A DNA stretch of 64,000 nucleotides from a virus. The position numbers and the translations under genes were made by a program. The notes beneath the pieces were generated by a model that saw only the letters and a list, made by a program, of their open reading frames with translations, did not search any database and had not been told where the DNA came from. Below, piece by piece: positions 29,260 to 38,587 of this stretch. Numbering within the stretch: the first letter of the stretch is position 1; the number at the start of each line of letters is the position of its first letter. Where the stretch lies: positions 1-64,000 of IMG/VR virus record IMGVR_UViG_3300028287_000410; one strand, given 5' to 3'.

Positions 29260-29610
29260 ATGACTAAACTAGAACTAATAAAATATTTAAACGATAACAC
29301 TAAAGGCAGGAAAGCTGGCAGAAAAGAGTTTAAAATGAATGATATCTTTATCAGTTCAACAAGAGATTCAACAAACTTTCGTTTGACCCGTTACGGTAAG
29401 GATGTAATTGAGAAACATTTTAGAGCATATAAAATTAATCTAACAACAAAAAATGTAGAAGTAGGAGCAAAGATTATAACAATTGATCGTTATATGAATT
29501 CTCCTTACTACCTAAATAACTCTACACTCATAGTATACGAAGAAGGTGTAGCGGCTGAGCTACTATTAATAGATGGCGACTTCGATCTTTGGGTCGAAAA
29601 CAAGACTTGA
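29260..29610 (+). CDS. Hypothetical protein
   Basis: ORF in the operon. Confidence 0.65.
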   Translation: MTKLELIKYLNDNTKGRKAGRKEFKMNDIFISSTRDSTNFRLTRYGKDVIEKHFRAYKINLTTKNVEVGAKIITIDRYMNSPYYLNNSTLIVYEEGVAAELLLIDGDFDLWVENKT

Positions 29611-29641
29611 CTTTTTACAGAATATAGAGTAACATACATAG

Positions 29642-30904
29642 ATGACTGATAACGGAACTAAATGTAAATACTTCTGGAACCACGTTGCACTGTTCAACGG
29701 GAAAACTGCTACCCCATGTTGTAGATATGACAGTAGTACTAAGAATGGCAAGACCCCCACTGTTGACATGAAAAAGCCATTTACTACGTTTACAGAATCT
29801 ATACATTCACAAGAATGGGAAACTCTACGTGACAATGCTGAAAAGGGAATAAAAGAACCGGGGTGTTGGAAATGTTATGCAGATGAAGAAAAAGGAAACG
29901 ATTCTTTACGTCTGGTAGCAAACAGAATGTGGGAAGATGAACCTGTTGAACCGCAACTTCGGTATCTTGAAATAAATCTAGGAAATTTCTGCAATCTAGC
30001 ATGTAACATTTGTTGTTCTGATAACAGTAATCTTTGGTATAAAGATGATAAAGAACTGAGTAAAACACCAGAATATCGTAGAGGAACATACCAACCAGAC
30101 CACGAAAAAGGCATCAGTCTAAATTATGATGATTATAAGAATGTAAAACTAATTAAGTTTGTTGGCGGTGAACCGATGATTCACCCAAAGTTTATAACAT
30201 TATTAGACTTCTTAATCGATAATGAATTGCATAACACAATAGAGATACAAGTGTTCACTAACGCAAGTTGGATGCCGAAAGAAAAAGTAATCTCACGTTT
30301 GAAAAAGTTCGCAGTCTCAACTATCAGTTTAAGTGTAGATGGTATAGGACAGGTAAACGACTACTCTCGTTGGCCTAGTAAATGGGCAGTTGTTCATGAA
30401 TCAGTAAAAGAGTGGATCAAAACATCACATGAGAATGAAAATTTCTATGTAAGATGGGAGCCTACTATATCTATTTACAACTCTAATCATATACCTGCAA
30501 TGGTATGTTGGTGGATAGAAACCACTATGTCAGTTACCGGGCTTCCAATGGAAGATGCGTTATACGATCCTCAATCGGACGATATCAATATTATCTTTAA
30601 TAATGTGCTGTGGCCATTGTACATGAAGCCCAACTTATTGCCTACTAGTGACCGGGAATGTGAAAGAATTGATAATGCTATGTCCAAGATATACAATCGC
30701 CATATAGATGTTTCAAGAGACTTTTCTAAACTTATGTTACGTAAGCTAGAGCAGAGATTAGAACAAGCAAAAAGGTTTATTTCACCCGATACGGATAAAG
30801 AAAGTCTAGATACATTCCTCAAGTTCACAAATGATTTGGATAAATTGAGAAATAATAACTTTGCTGAACAACTTCCCATGTTATTTTCTGCATTAAAAAC
30901 TTGA
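29642..30904 (+). CDS. Radical SAM protein with N-terminal twitch-like Cys region
   Basis: PCC...GCWKC, CNLACNIC and VGGEP motifs; TTGACT-17 nt-TAACAT at 29607-29635. Confidence 0.88.
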   Translation: MTDNGTKCKYFWNHVALFNGKTATPCCRYDSSTKNGKTPTVDMKKPFTTFTESIHSQEWETLRDNAEKGIKEPGCWKCYADEEKGNDSLRLVANRMWEDEPVEPQLRYLEINLGNFCNLACNICCSDNSNLWYKDDKELSKTPEYRRGTYQPDHEKGISLNYDDYKNVKLIKFVGGEPMIHPKFITLLDFLIDNELHNTIEIQVFTNASWMPKEKVISRLKKFAVSTISLSVDGIGQVNDYSRWPSKWAVVHESVKEWIKTSHENENFYVRWEPTISIYNSNHIPAMVCWWIETTMSVTGLPMEDALYDPQSDDINIIFNNVLWPLYMKPNLLPTSDRECERIDNAMSKIYNRHIDVSRDFSKLMLRKLEQRLEQAKRFISPDTDKESLDTFLKFTNDLDKLRNNNFAEQLPMLFSALKT

Positions 30905-30959
30905 CAAACTAGACGAATCACACTATAGTAATTAAGTAATCAAAGAGAGGAACTTAATT

Positions 30960-31136
30960 ATGTATACTGTTGAATATGGCTACTACAACTATCCCAAAAA
31001 GACAAAAGAATTCAAAACGTATGAAAGTGCGAAGAAGTTCTTCTATTATATTGGAAAGCGTAACGGTGTAAAGAAAGTCAGTTTCAAATGGCAGGAACTT
31101 GACAAATGCTCAAACCATGCTATATTAATTAAGTAA
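30960..31136 (+). CDS. 58-aa basic hypothetical protein (not in ORF track)
   Basis: GAGAGG SD after a promoter cassette; MYTVEYGYYNYPKKTKEFKTYESAKKFF... Confidence 0.6.
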   Translation: MYTVEYGYYNYPKKTKEFKTYESAKKFFYYIGKRNGVKKVSFKWQELDKCSNHAILIK

Positions 31137-31156
31137 TCAACGAAAGAGAGAATCAC

Positions 31157-31345
31157 ATGTTTGACAATTTTTACAACGATATGATCAACTTCACTAATGA
31201 AAATGAAAACAAGAACCCAGACGGGTCTGTTAACTGGAATTTCGTTGATAGTGATATGTTTGAGAAATATCAAGTCATTCTAGATGGTGAAACCTACTCT
31301 GAGTACTTTGACAAAGCCGCTGATATTGTCGAAAGTGCTGTTTAA
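31157..31345 (+). CDS. Small acidic hypothetical protein
   Basis: Own promoter cassette and SD. Confidence 0.65.
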   Translation: MFDNFYNDMINFTNENENKNPDGSVNWNFVDSDMFEKYQVILDGETYSEYFDKAADIVESAV

Positions 31346-31407
31346 AAACTTGACAAATCTTGCGAATCACACTATAGTAATTAAGTAATCAAACAAAGGA
31401 ATACAAT

Positions 31408-32538
31408 ATGTCTGCAAAAGTTTCAACCCACGATATGGATGTTCGTCTAGTTCGCCCGAGCGATATTCGAGCAGAAATTAACTACGCTATGAATCGTAAG
31501 CGCCCAGTCTTCATCTGGGGTCCCCCCGGTATCGGTAAATCTGAGATTGTTGATTCAATCACACAAGAGCGTTCAGGTTACATGATTGACATGCGGCTTG
31601 CTCTTATGGAACCCACTGACTTGCGTGGTATCCCAGTACCGAATATGAATACAGGCTTGATGGAGTGGCTTCCGCCTGCTGACTTGCCTACTCAAGAACT
31701 TGCCGATCAATTCGAATGTATTGTACTATTTCTTGATGAAATGAATCAGGCACCACAGTCTGTACAAGCTGCTGCGTATCAGCTAATTCTTAATCGTCGG
31801 TTGGGTAACTACAAACTTCCTGATAATGTTCTAATCGTTGCCGCAGGCAATCGTGAAAGTGATCGTGGCGTTGCATATCGTATGCCTAGTCCGCTTGCTA
31901 ACCGTTTCGTTCACTTAGAAATGACTACAGATTTCGAAGATTGGCAGACTTGGGCTTTGCAAAACAATATAGATGCTGAGGTTGTAGGCTACGTTACTGC
32001 AAACAAGATGGATCTAATGAACTTTGATCCTCGCACTGCATCACGTGCTTTTGCTACTCCTCGTTCATGGACTTTCGTATCTCAAATGCTTCCAATGGAA
32101 GGTGAGCAAATCTCTGATAGTCGCTTGCACGATTTGATTGCAGGTACTGTCGGTGATGGTATCGCTACTAAGTTCATGGCACACCGTGCGATTTCAGGCA
32201 AACTTCCTAACCCAACAGATATCTTGAATGGTACTGTAAAAACACTAGGTAAAGAAGGTAGTGAAATCTCTGCGATGTTCTCACTGACTGCTTCACTTTG
32301 CTACGAACTACGTGACTTCGTTGATCGTAACGGTAAAGAGAAAATGGATGAGTTGTACAAAATGGCTGACAACTTCTTCCGCTTCATGATGGATAACTTC
32401 GAAACAGAAATGACCGTACTTGGTGGTCGTACTGCACTAAAAGTTTACAAACTCCCACTTGAGCCGCGTAAAGTTCCTTGCATCGAGGAGTTCTTCAAGA
32501 AGTATGGTAAACTAATCATCGAGGCGCATAACGCTTAA
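31408..32538 (+). CDS. MoxR-like AAA+ ATPase
   Basis: Walker A GPPGIGKS, Walker B LFLDEM, AAGNR, LANRF and TPRSW motifs. Confidence 0.92.
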   Translation: MSAKVSTHDMDVRLVRPSDIRAEINYAMNRKRPVFIWGPPGIGKSEIVDSITQERSGYMIDMRLALMEPTDLRGIPVPNMNTGLMEWLPPADLPTQELADQFECIVLFLDEMNQAPQSVQAAAYQLILNRRLGNYKLPDNVLIVAAGNRESDRGVAYRMPSPLANRFVHLEMTTDFEDWQTWALQNNIDAEVVGYVTANKMDLMNFDPRTASRAFATPRSWTFVSQMLPMEGEQISDSRLHDLIAGTVGDGIATKFMAHRAISGKLPNPTDILNGTVKTLGKEGSEISAMFSLTASLCYELRDFVDRNGKEKMDELYKMADNFFRFMMDNFETEMTVLGGRTALKVYKLPLEPRKVPCIEEFFKKYGKLIIEAHNA

Positions 32539-32557
32539 TTGCAGACTAAGCGTTATC

Positions 32558-32591
32558 AAAGGGGGAAGTGTCTTGACATTTCTCCCTTTTT
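32558..32591 (+). terminator. Terminator hairpin overlapping the next -35 box
   Basis: aaagggggaagtgtc-tt-gacatttctccctttt; a second hairpin at 32528-32556. Confidence 0.7.
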
Positions 32592-32601
32592 ATAGTATAA
32601 T
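32573..32601 (+). promoter_or_regulatory. Consensus sigma70 promoter for the biosynthetic operon
   Basis: TTGACA-17 nt-TATAAT. Confidence 0.8.
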
Positions 32602-32608
32602 AAGAATA

Positions 32609-33976
32609 ATGATATATCAAACATTTAAACAAACTGCAAAAAGATTTCCAAATAAGGATGCACTTATTTGCGGTGACAAAACATACACATATTCAGAACT
32701 AGCGACTAGTGTTGATAACTTGATTGCTGTACTTAGTACGGCATTTATGCCAAATGAGCGTGTACTATTTGCGAGTGAACGTTGGCATAATTATGTGCGT
32801 ATGGTTTTGGCATGTGATGCTCTAGGTGTTACTTTTATGCCGACATATTATGATTTGCCCAAAGCAGTTATCGATGATATATCAAAAGCAAGCAAACCGG
32901 ACCATATCATTCTAAACGAAGATGATGCTATTAATCTTAGACCGCATAATAAGGGATTAGTTTGCGTTAAGGGAAAAGAATACGTTTACACTGTTCTATT
33001 CACTAGCGGTACTACAGGAGCTCCTAAGGCTGTCGCACATAGCAACAAGGCGTGTTATGATGCTTGTATTCAAAACATTGACATATTCAACATGAATGCA
33101 GACGATGTTATTTTAGCTCAACTCCCACCTCCGACAGTAGCAGGCTTATATCTATTCCCACTACCAGCACTTATGATAGGTGCTACGGTTGTCATGGAAG
33201 CATTCAATCCAAGACGCTATGCAGAACTAAATCTAACATATAAACCAACTGTTGGTATTATTGTTCCAGCTATGATTGTTGCTATGAATAGAGTGCGCAG
33301 TTGGCACGAACTTGATATGTCACATTGGCGTGAACTAAGTGTCGGTAGTACAGTTATTCCAGAAGAAATGTTAAACATGTTATTTGACAAGGGTGTTCCA
33401 GTCATACGTGATTTATACGGATGCACTGAAACTCATGTACCTCCGTTTACATATCTAATCGAACCAGATACTCAACACAAGCTACAATTAGAGTGTACTC
33501 CAAACTATCAATACAAACTTGATAGATACGGAGTCATGTGGATCAAAGGCTCACCAGTAATGATGGATTATCTTAATGATGATGCAAAGTTTGACGAGAA
33601 TGGATACTGGTGCACCGGTGATGTATTTGAACGCAGACACAATAAACTATTCTATAAATCACGTCAGAAAGATTTGATTAAAGTGAATAGTTATAATGTA
33701 TCCCCAGTATCAATCGAAAATGCAATTATGGTATTCCCAGATATAGAGGAAGTATGTGTGACGTTTCGAAGCAGGGAAATGTTGGGAGAAGTTGAGATTG
33801 TAGCATTGGTAAAGTCAGAAAAAGAGATAAATATAAGTGAACTACAGTTATCTATCAAAGATAAATTATTCCCTTATGAAATCCCCAAAGAAATAATTAT
33901 TGTTGATGAACCACTTACCAGGAATCAAATGGGGAAAATTCAACGGGAAGCTAACAGAGAGAAATTTGTAACATGA
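32609..33976 (+). CDS. AMP-binding acyl-CoA/acyl-AMP ligase (ANL superfamily)
   Basis: FTSGTTGAPKAV, YGCTE, TGD, KDLIK...VSPVSIE and MGKI motifs. Confidence 0.92.
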   Translation: MIYQTFKQTAKRFPNKDALICGDKTYTYSELATSVDNLIAVLSTAFMPNERVLFASERWHNYVRMVLACDALGVTFMPTYYDLPKAVIDDISKASKPDHIILNEDDAINLRPHNKGLVCVKGKEYVYTVLFTSGTTGAPKAVAHSNKACYDACIQNIDIFNMNADDVILAQLPPPTVAGLYLFPLPALMIGATVVMEAFNPRRYAELNLTYKPTVGIIVPAMIVAMNRVRSWHELDMSHWRELSVGSTVIPEEMLNMLFDKGVPVIRDLYGCTETHVPPFTYLIEPDTQHKLQLECTPNYQYKLDRYGVMWIKGSPVMMDYLNDDAKFDENGYWCTGDVFERRHNKLFYKSRQKDLIKVNSYNVSPVSIENAIMVFPDIEEVCVTFRSREMLGEVEIVALVKSEKEINISELQLSIKDKLFPYEIPKEIIIVDEPLTRNQMGKIQREANREKFVT

Positions 33977-35670
33977 AATCACAGGTAAAAAAGATTATTA
34001 TTTTAGGTGGTGGAGCAGCCGGATGGTTTACTGCTGGTTATCTCAAAACAAAAAATCCTGAAATTGATATTACCCTTATTGAGAGCAAAAAGATCGGTAT
34101 CATTGGAGTTGGAGAATCTACAATCCCACAGTTAGGTGATTTCTTTGCAGAAATGGGTATCGAAGAACGTGATTGGATGTCCAGTACAAATTCACTATAT
34201 AAACTAGGTAATAAATTTGTTGGCTGGAACATTGAAGGTAAACGTCACCACGTATCAAATCATTGGTGGTGTTCTAAGTTTGATGAACAGTACTTTACAT
34301 TTTCTTTTGCTATGCCAGAGAACCAACTAACACGTTCATATTATCATCAAATCAAAACAGACGATTACTTCAACAATTCTAAAGGCGATCCGGGAGTAGA
34401 TGATAAATGGAATGACTATTGGTTACACCTTGAACGTCAAGGTCGTAGAAACTGGTGGGAAATGTCAGAGGATATGTGCGAACAAACCTTCCTGATGGAC
34501 CACAATAAAGCGCCATTTGATATGGATGACAATCAACTAGTAGGTGATTGGCAAGCAAAGACATATCACGTAGATGCAGAACGGTTTCCAGAAGTAGTAC
34601 GTGATAGAGTTGCAATACCAAAAGGTGTTAAACACATTTGGGGGCATGTTGCTGATATTGTAAAATCAGAAGATGGATACATTGAAAAACTTGTACTAGA
34701 AGATGGCTCAGAGCATGAAGCGGACTTGTTCTGCGATGCTACAGGCTTTAACCGTATCCTGACAGGTACAATGGACAACGGTTGGCACGACTACGAGCAT
34801 ATCTTTACACGTGATGCTATCGTGGCGCCAGTTAAGTATAAAGACGTTAAAACAGAAATGCGTCCGTATACACAGTCGTATGCACAAGATGAAGGGTGGA
34901 ATTTCATCATCACTCTATACAATCGTATGGGGTCAGGTTATATTTTTGATCGTACAGAAATTTCACCAGAAGACGCTATGGTGAAGTTTAAAAAGTATTG
35001 GGAAGGGCACGAGTTTATCAAAGAGCCACGACACATTTCTTGGGATTCCGGTCGTATGGAAACTCCTTGGAATAAGAACGTTGTTGGTATCGGTATGGCA
35101 GGAGCGTTTGTTGAGCCAATGGAAGCCAACTCATTATACGTAGCACAGGCATGTATTCAGTTAACTAACCGTATTATCAATCGTGCGAAAGAAGAAAATG
35201 CTATTATTACACCATCACAAATTCACGCATATAACAAAAATATGAGTAAACTAGAAGACGGTATTGCTGACTTTGTTGCGTATCACTTTACACTGTCCGA
35301 CCGAGAAGATACACCGTTCTGGCGTAAACAAAAACAATATGGTATTAACCATAATCACAAAGAAGCGTGTTGGGAACATTACCGTCGGCCTGTGAACTAT
35401 GTAGGTAACGGCGTATACCCAGACTTTATGTGGGCCATGCTTGCTGTGTATATGAACAAGTTTGATGATAGCGTAAAACTAAACACCATCAAACCTGAAC
35501 TAGTAGAAAAAGCAAATATGACTTGGGACTTCATTCATAAGTCAAGTAAAGAGAATGGTCGTTACGCACCACACGCATATGATTGGCATCGTAAATTTTT
35601 ATTCGACGGCAAATCACACGAAAAAGTATTGGAGGAAGCACTTGCTAAAATATCTAGAAACATTGTTTGA
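33973..35670 (+). CDS. Flavin-dependent halogenase, tryptophan halogenase (PrnA) family
   Basis: GGGAAGW, IGVGEST, YKLGNKF (catalytic-Lys position), DATGF and FVEPMEA motifs. Confidence 0.88.
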   Translation: MKSQVKKIIILGGGAAGWFTAGYLKTKNPEIDITLIESKKIGIIGVGESTIPQLGDFFAEMGIEERDWMSSTNSLYKLGNKFVGWNIEGKRHHVSNHWWCSKFDEQYFTFSFAMPENQLTRSYYHQIKTDDYFNNSKGDPGVDDKWNDYWLHLERQGRRNWWEMSEDMCEQTFLMDHNKAPFDMDDNQLVGDWQAKTYHVDAERFPEVVRDRVAIPKGVKHIWGHVADIVKSEDGYIEKLVLEDGSEHEADLFCDATGFNRILTGTMDNGWHDYEHIFTRDAIVAPVKYKDVKTEMRPYTQSYAQDEGWNFIITLYNRMGSGYIFDRTEISPEDAMVKFKKYWEGHEFIKEPRHISWDSGRMETPWNKNVVGIGMAGAFVEPMEANSLYVAQACIQLTNRIINRAKEENAIITPSQIHAYNKNMSKLEDGIADFVAYHFTLSDREDTPFWRKQKQYGINHNHKEACWEHYRRPVNYVGNGVYPDFMWAMLAVYMNKFDDSVKLNTIKPELVEKANMTWDFIHKSSKENGRYAPHAYDWHRKFLFDGKSHEKVLEEALAKISRNIV

Positions 35671-36442
35671 TAAAATATCATACGAGAGAAGAATGCATAT
35701 TCAGTGGTCGTTTAATGCCATTGTAACTGCAATTGCGGTCCCATACTGTATATATACAGAACAATATGCTATTCTGGGATGGGGATTTTTGTGGGCATAT
35801 CTAGTAATGTGTATCGGTGCAAATGCAGGATTCCATAGATGGGCATCGCATCATAGCTGGAAACCAAGTGAACCAATTAAATGGGTTATGATGACAATGT
35901 TTATGTTTGGATCTCCGGGATCCCCACTAGTGACTGTTTTATTCCACAGATATCATCATAAACATAGTGACCATGAAGACGATCCGCATTCACCACATGT
36001 AATTGGTTGGTTTAGAGGTGCTACAGGTCGCTTCCAAAAGTCAGGCGGATATCTATCTTCTGGCAGAGATATGTTTAAAGAGCCAAGTGTAGTATTCTAT
36101 CACAGACACTACTGGAAGTTCCAAGCCGTTATATATCTGTCTGCATTATTAATTGGTGGTCCTCTATTTTTTGCAATCTTTATCTGTTTCAGTGGTTTCT
36201 ACAATGCAACTATTGCAGGACATATTTTAGATGGGGTTCTATCGCATTATAAGTGGTTAGGTTATCGTTGGTTTGAAACTAAAGATCAGTCGAATAATAA
36301 TCCTATCTTTGCGTGGTTGAGCGGTGGCGAAGCATGGCACAATAATCATCATGCAAAGCCCGGTAGATGGTACTTTGGACACAAGTGGTGGGAATTTGAT
36401 CCTGCTGGCTTTCTAATCTGGGCGGTGTTAAAACGTATTTAA
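35642..36442 (+). CDS. Membrane fatty-acid (delta9-type) desaturase; start probably TTG 35642
   Basis: His boxes HRWASH, HRYHHKHSD and WHNNHH; GGAGG at 35631. Confidence 0.9.
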   Translation: MLKYLETLFDKISYERRMHIQWSFNAIVTAIAVPYCIYTEQYAILGWGFLWAYLVMCIGANAGFHRWASHHSWKPSEPIKWVMMTMFMFGSPGSPLVTVLFHRYHHKHSDHEDDPHSPHVIGWFRGATGRFQKSGGYLSSGRDMFKEPSVVFYHRHYWKFQAVIYLSALLIGGPLFFAIFICFSGFYNATIAGHILDGVLSHYKWLGYRWFETKDQSNNNPIFAWLSGGEAWHNNHHAKPGRWYFGHKWWEFDPAGFLIWAVLKRI

Positions 36443-37042
36443 ATGTTACTTAAAAATTTTACAGGTGCGGACAAGATAGAGTTTTCTTTACATCGAGTAG
36501 ATGAAAGCAACATAGTAGAATTCAAAGAATTCCTTGTTAAATGTGGCAAAGACGGCGGCACTAATAATTCATCATTAAAAGCTATTAAGTTTTGTAAATG
36601 GGGATCAGAGGAAGCGTGGTGGTTCGTAAAACATAAAGATACTATTGTATCTATGTGTGGCGCACATTATCTTCCTCATGTATCTCCAAAATGCTATATG
36701 ATAGCGTATCGTGTATATACTCTTAAAGCATGGAGAGACACCGCATCGTCCACTAAAGACCACAAAATGCTTAATGAATTTCATCACGGTGCAGTACAAC
36801 CGTTTGCAGTAGAATGGTGTTTATCACGTGGTGCTGACACAATTGTTACTACTGTGAATACCGAGAAGAACCTAGTACAAGATCCTAACGGATTAGATTA
36901 TAAGTTTTCCAGAGTAGCAAGAATTATGTTTCCACGTGGAGGGAAATATACATTACTACATAAAGACTTTCTGTTGTATAACAAATATCAGGATGTATGG
37001 AAGCTAAACTACAAAGACTTTAGAACAATGGAACCGCTATGA
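36443..37042 (+). CDS. Hypothetical protein, possibly GNAT/N-acyltransferase-like
   Basis: Beta-strand pattern WWFVKHKDTIVSMCGAH...YRVY and EWCLSRGADTIVTTVN; weak. Confidence 0.45.
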   Translation: MLLKNFTGADKIEFSLHRVDESNIVEFKEFLVKCGKDGGTNNSSLKAIKFCKWGSEEAWWFVKHKDTIVSMCGAHYLPHVSPKCYMIAYRVYTLKAWRDTASSTKDHKMLNEFHHGAVQPFAVEWCLSRGADTIVTTVNTEKNLVQDPNGLDYKFSRVARIMFPRGGKYTLLHKDFLLYNKYQDVWKLNYKDFRTMEPL

Positions 37043-38190
37043 CTGTTTATATCGAAAACATATCCGCTTTTACCCCATTCGGTAACTTAGAACAAACCTG
37101 GAAATCTATTATCAACAATGAAGTTGCGTATGGTCCTATAACTAAATTTGATCCAAATGCTAGTCGTTATACTAGAAGTAAAGTGGCAGGAGAATTTCAT
37201 TTCAATGCAGAAGATTATCCTATCATTACAGAGGCCGAGCGTGACAGATTACCCGAACATATGCAATGGGCATTAGCACTGACAAGTGATTTGATTGGTG
37301 ATAGACAATTACCAGAAGAAAGAACAAGTGTTATTGTATCTCCGGGATTTTCTATGTACTTAGAAAGTCTAAGAGCAAACAGAGAGAATACAGACAATAG
37401 CTATACATTCTGTCCTAATATGATTGCACACAATATCAACATCAAATATGGGTACACAGGACCCAGTACAATGACCATGAGTGCATGTAGTACAGGCATA
37501 TATAGTATTATTATGGGGTGTATGCTTATTGAAACAGGACAAGCAGATTATGTTATTGCAGGGTCAGTTGACCAATGTATCAGCGAAGATGCATTTAAAC
37601 AGATGGGTAAACTACGTGCATTGTCTACGAAGTATAATAATAATCCCACTGTAGCAAGTAGACCTTGGGATAAAAAACGTGACGGACTAGTACTAAGCGA
37701 AGGTGGTGCGCTATTTCTTTTAACCAAAGAAAAAACAGAAAACACTATCTGCGAAATTACAAAATACGCAATGACAAATGACGCATTTCAAGTTGTCGCC
37801 CCACATCCAGAAGGCAAGCATATCGAAAGATGTATGTCACAATGCATCGACAGTAAGCCAGATTTAATTAATGCACACGCAACATCCACACCTATGGGCG
37901 ATGTTGTAGAGTTAGATGCAATTAATAGATTAGGTATGAAAGATGTCTACATAACTGCAAATAAATCACAACTTGGACATATGATGGGCGCTGCTGGTGC
38001 AGTAGAGACAGCAATAAGTGCCATGAGTTTAGTTAATAACACTATAACACCATCACTAAATATTGATATACTAGAAGATAGATATAAACCAAAGTATGTG
38101 ACTACTGCAACAAAACATGACATAAATTCTGTTCTATGTAATAGCTTTGGATTTGGTGGCACTAATGCAAGTATACTATTAACAAAATGA
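37039..38190 (+). CDS. fabF: Beta-ketoacyl-ACP synthase II-like ketosynthase
   Basis: Cys-His-His triad in SACSTG, NAHATST and KSQLGHMMGAAG; NSFGFGGTNAS. Confidence 0.9.
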   Translation: MTVYIENISAFTPFGNLEQTWKSIINNEVAYGPITKFDPNASRYTRSKVAGEFHFNAEDYPIITEAERDRLPEHMQWALALTSDLIGDRQLPEERTSVIVSPGFSMYLESLRANRENTDNSYTFCPNMIAHNINIKYGYTGPSTMTMSACSTGIYSIIMGCMLIETGQADYVIAGSVDQCISEDAFKQMGKLRALSTKYNNNPTVASRPWDKKRDGLVLSEGGALFLLTKEKTENTICEITKYAMTNDAFQVVAPHPEGKHIERCMSQCIDSKPDLINAHATSTPMGDVVELDAINRLGMKDVYITANKSQLGHMMGAAGAVETAISAMSLVNNTITPSLNIDILEDRYKPKYVTTATKHDINSVLCNSFGFGGTNASILLTK

Positions 38191-38585
38191 CATTTCAAGA
38201 TTTATTTAAAAACAACCCTAACATATGGATGCCAATAGCAGACATGTTAGACAATGTTTTAACATCAGGGATAAACGATAGATTTACACGCGCTGAACGT
38301 GAATACATGTTTGCACACTTTTCAAAAGAAAATAGTTGCGACTTTTGCTATGAACATCATATAGATTTCGCATATGATTTAGGTTATAACAATAGTATTA
38401 CAGTCAAAGACTTGATGGACGAAGACGCATTAGAAAATATATTTTGGATCAAAAATATTGCACTGTTAGTCAATACTGCGATAAAAGAGTATGATATAAA
38501 ACAAATTAATTCAGAAAATAAAAAACTGAAGAATACAACTATAAAAGAATACGGTTATAACTATAAAAAGAATATACGGAGTTAA
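38187..38585 (+). CDS. AhpD/carboxymuconolactone decarboxylase-like protein
   Basis: RAERE...SKENSCDFCYEHH (CxxCxxxH) motif. Confidence 0.7.
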   Translation: MTFQDLFKNNPNIWMPIADMLDNVLTSGINDRFTRAEREYMFAHFSKENSCDFCYEHHIDFAYDLGYNNSITVKDLMDEDALENIFWIKNIALLVNTAIKEYDIKQINSENKKLKNTTIKEYGYNYKKNIRS

Positions 38586-38587
38586 AA

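Larger units (their letters stand above)
30895..31393 (+). repeat. Three repeated early-promoter cassettes AACTTGACAAA...TATA(G/T)T-AATTAAGTAATCAA
   Basis: TTGACA at 30901, 31099 and 31350 with -10 boxes 16-17 nt downstream and a shared downstream sequence. Confidence 0.85.
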
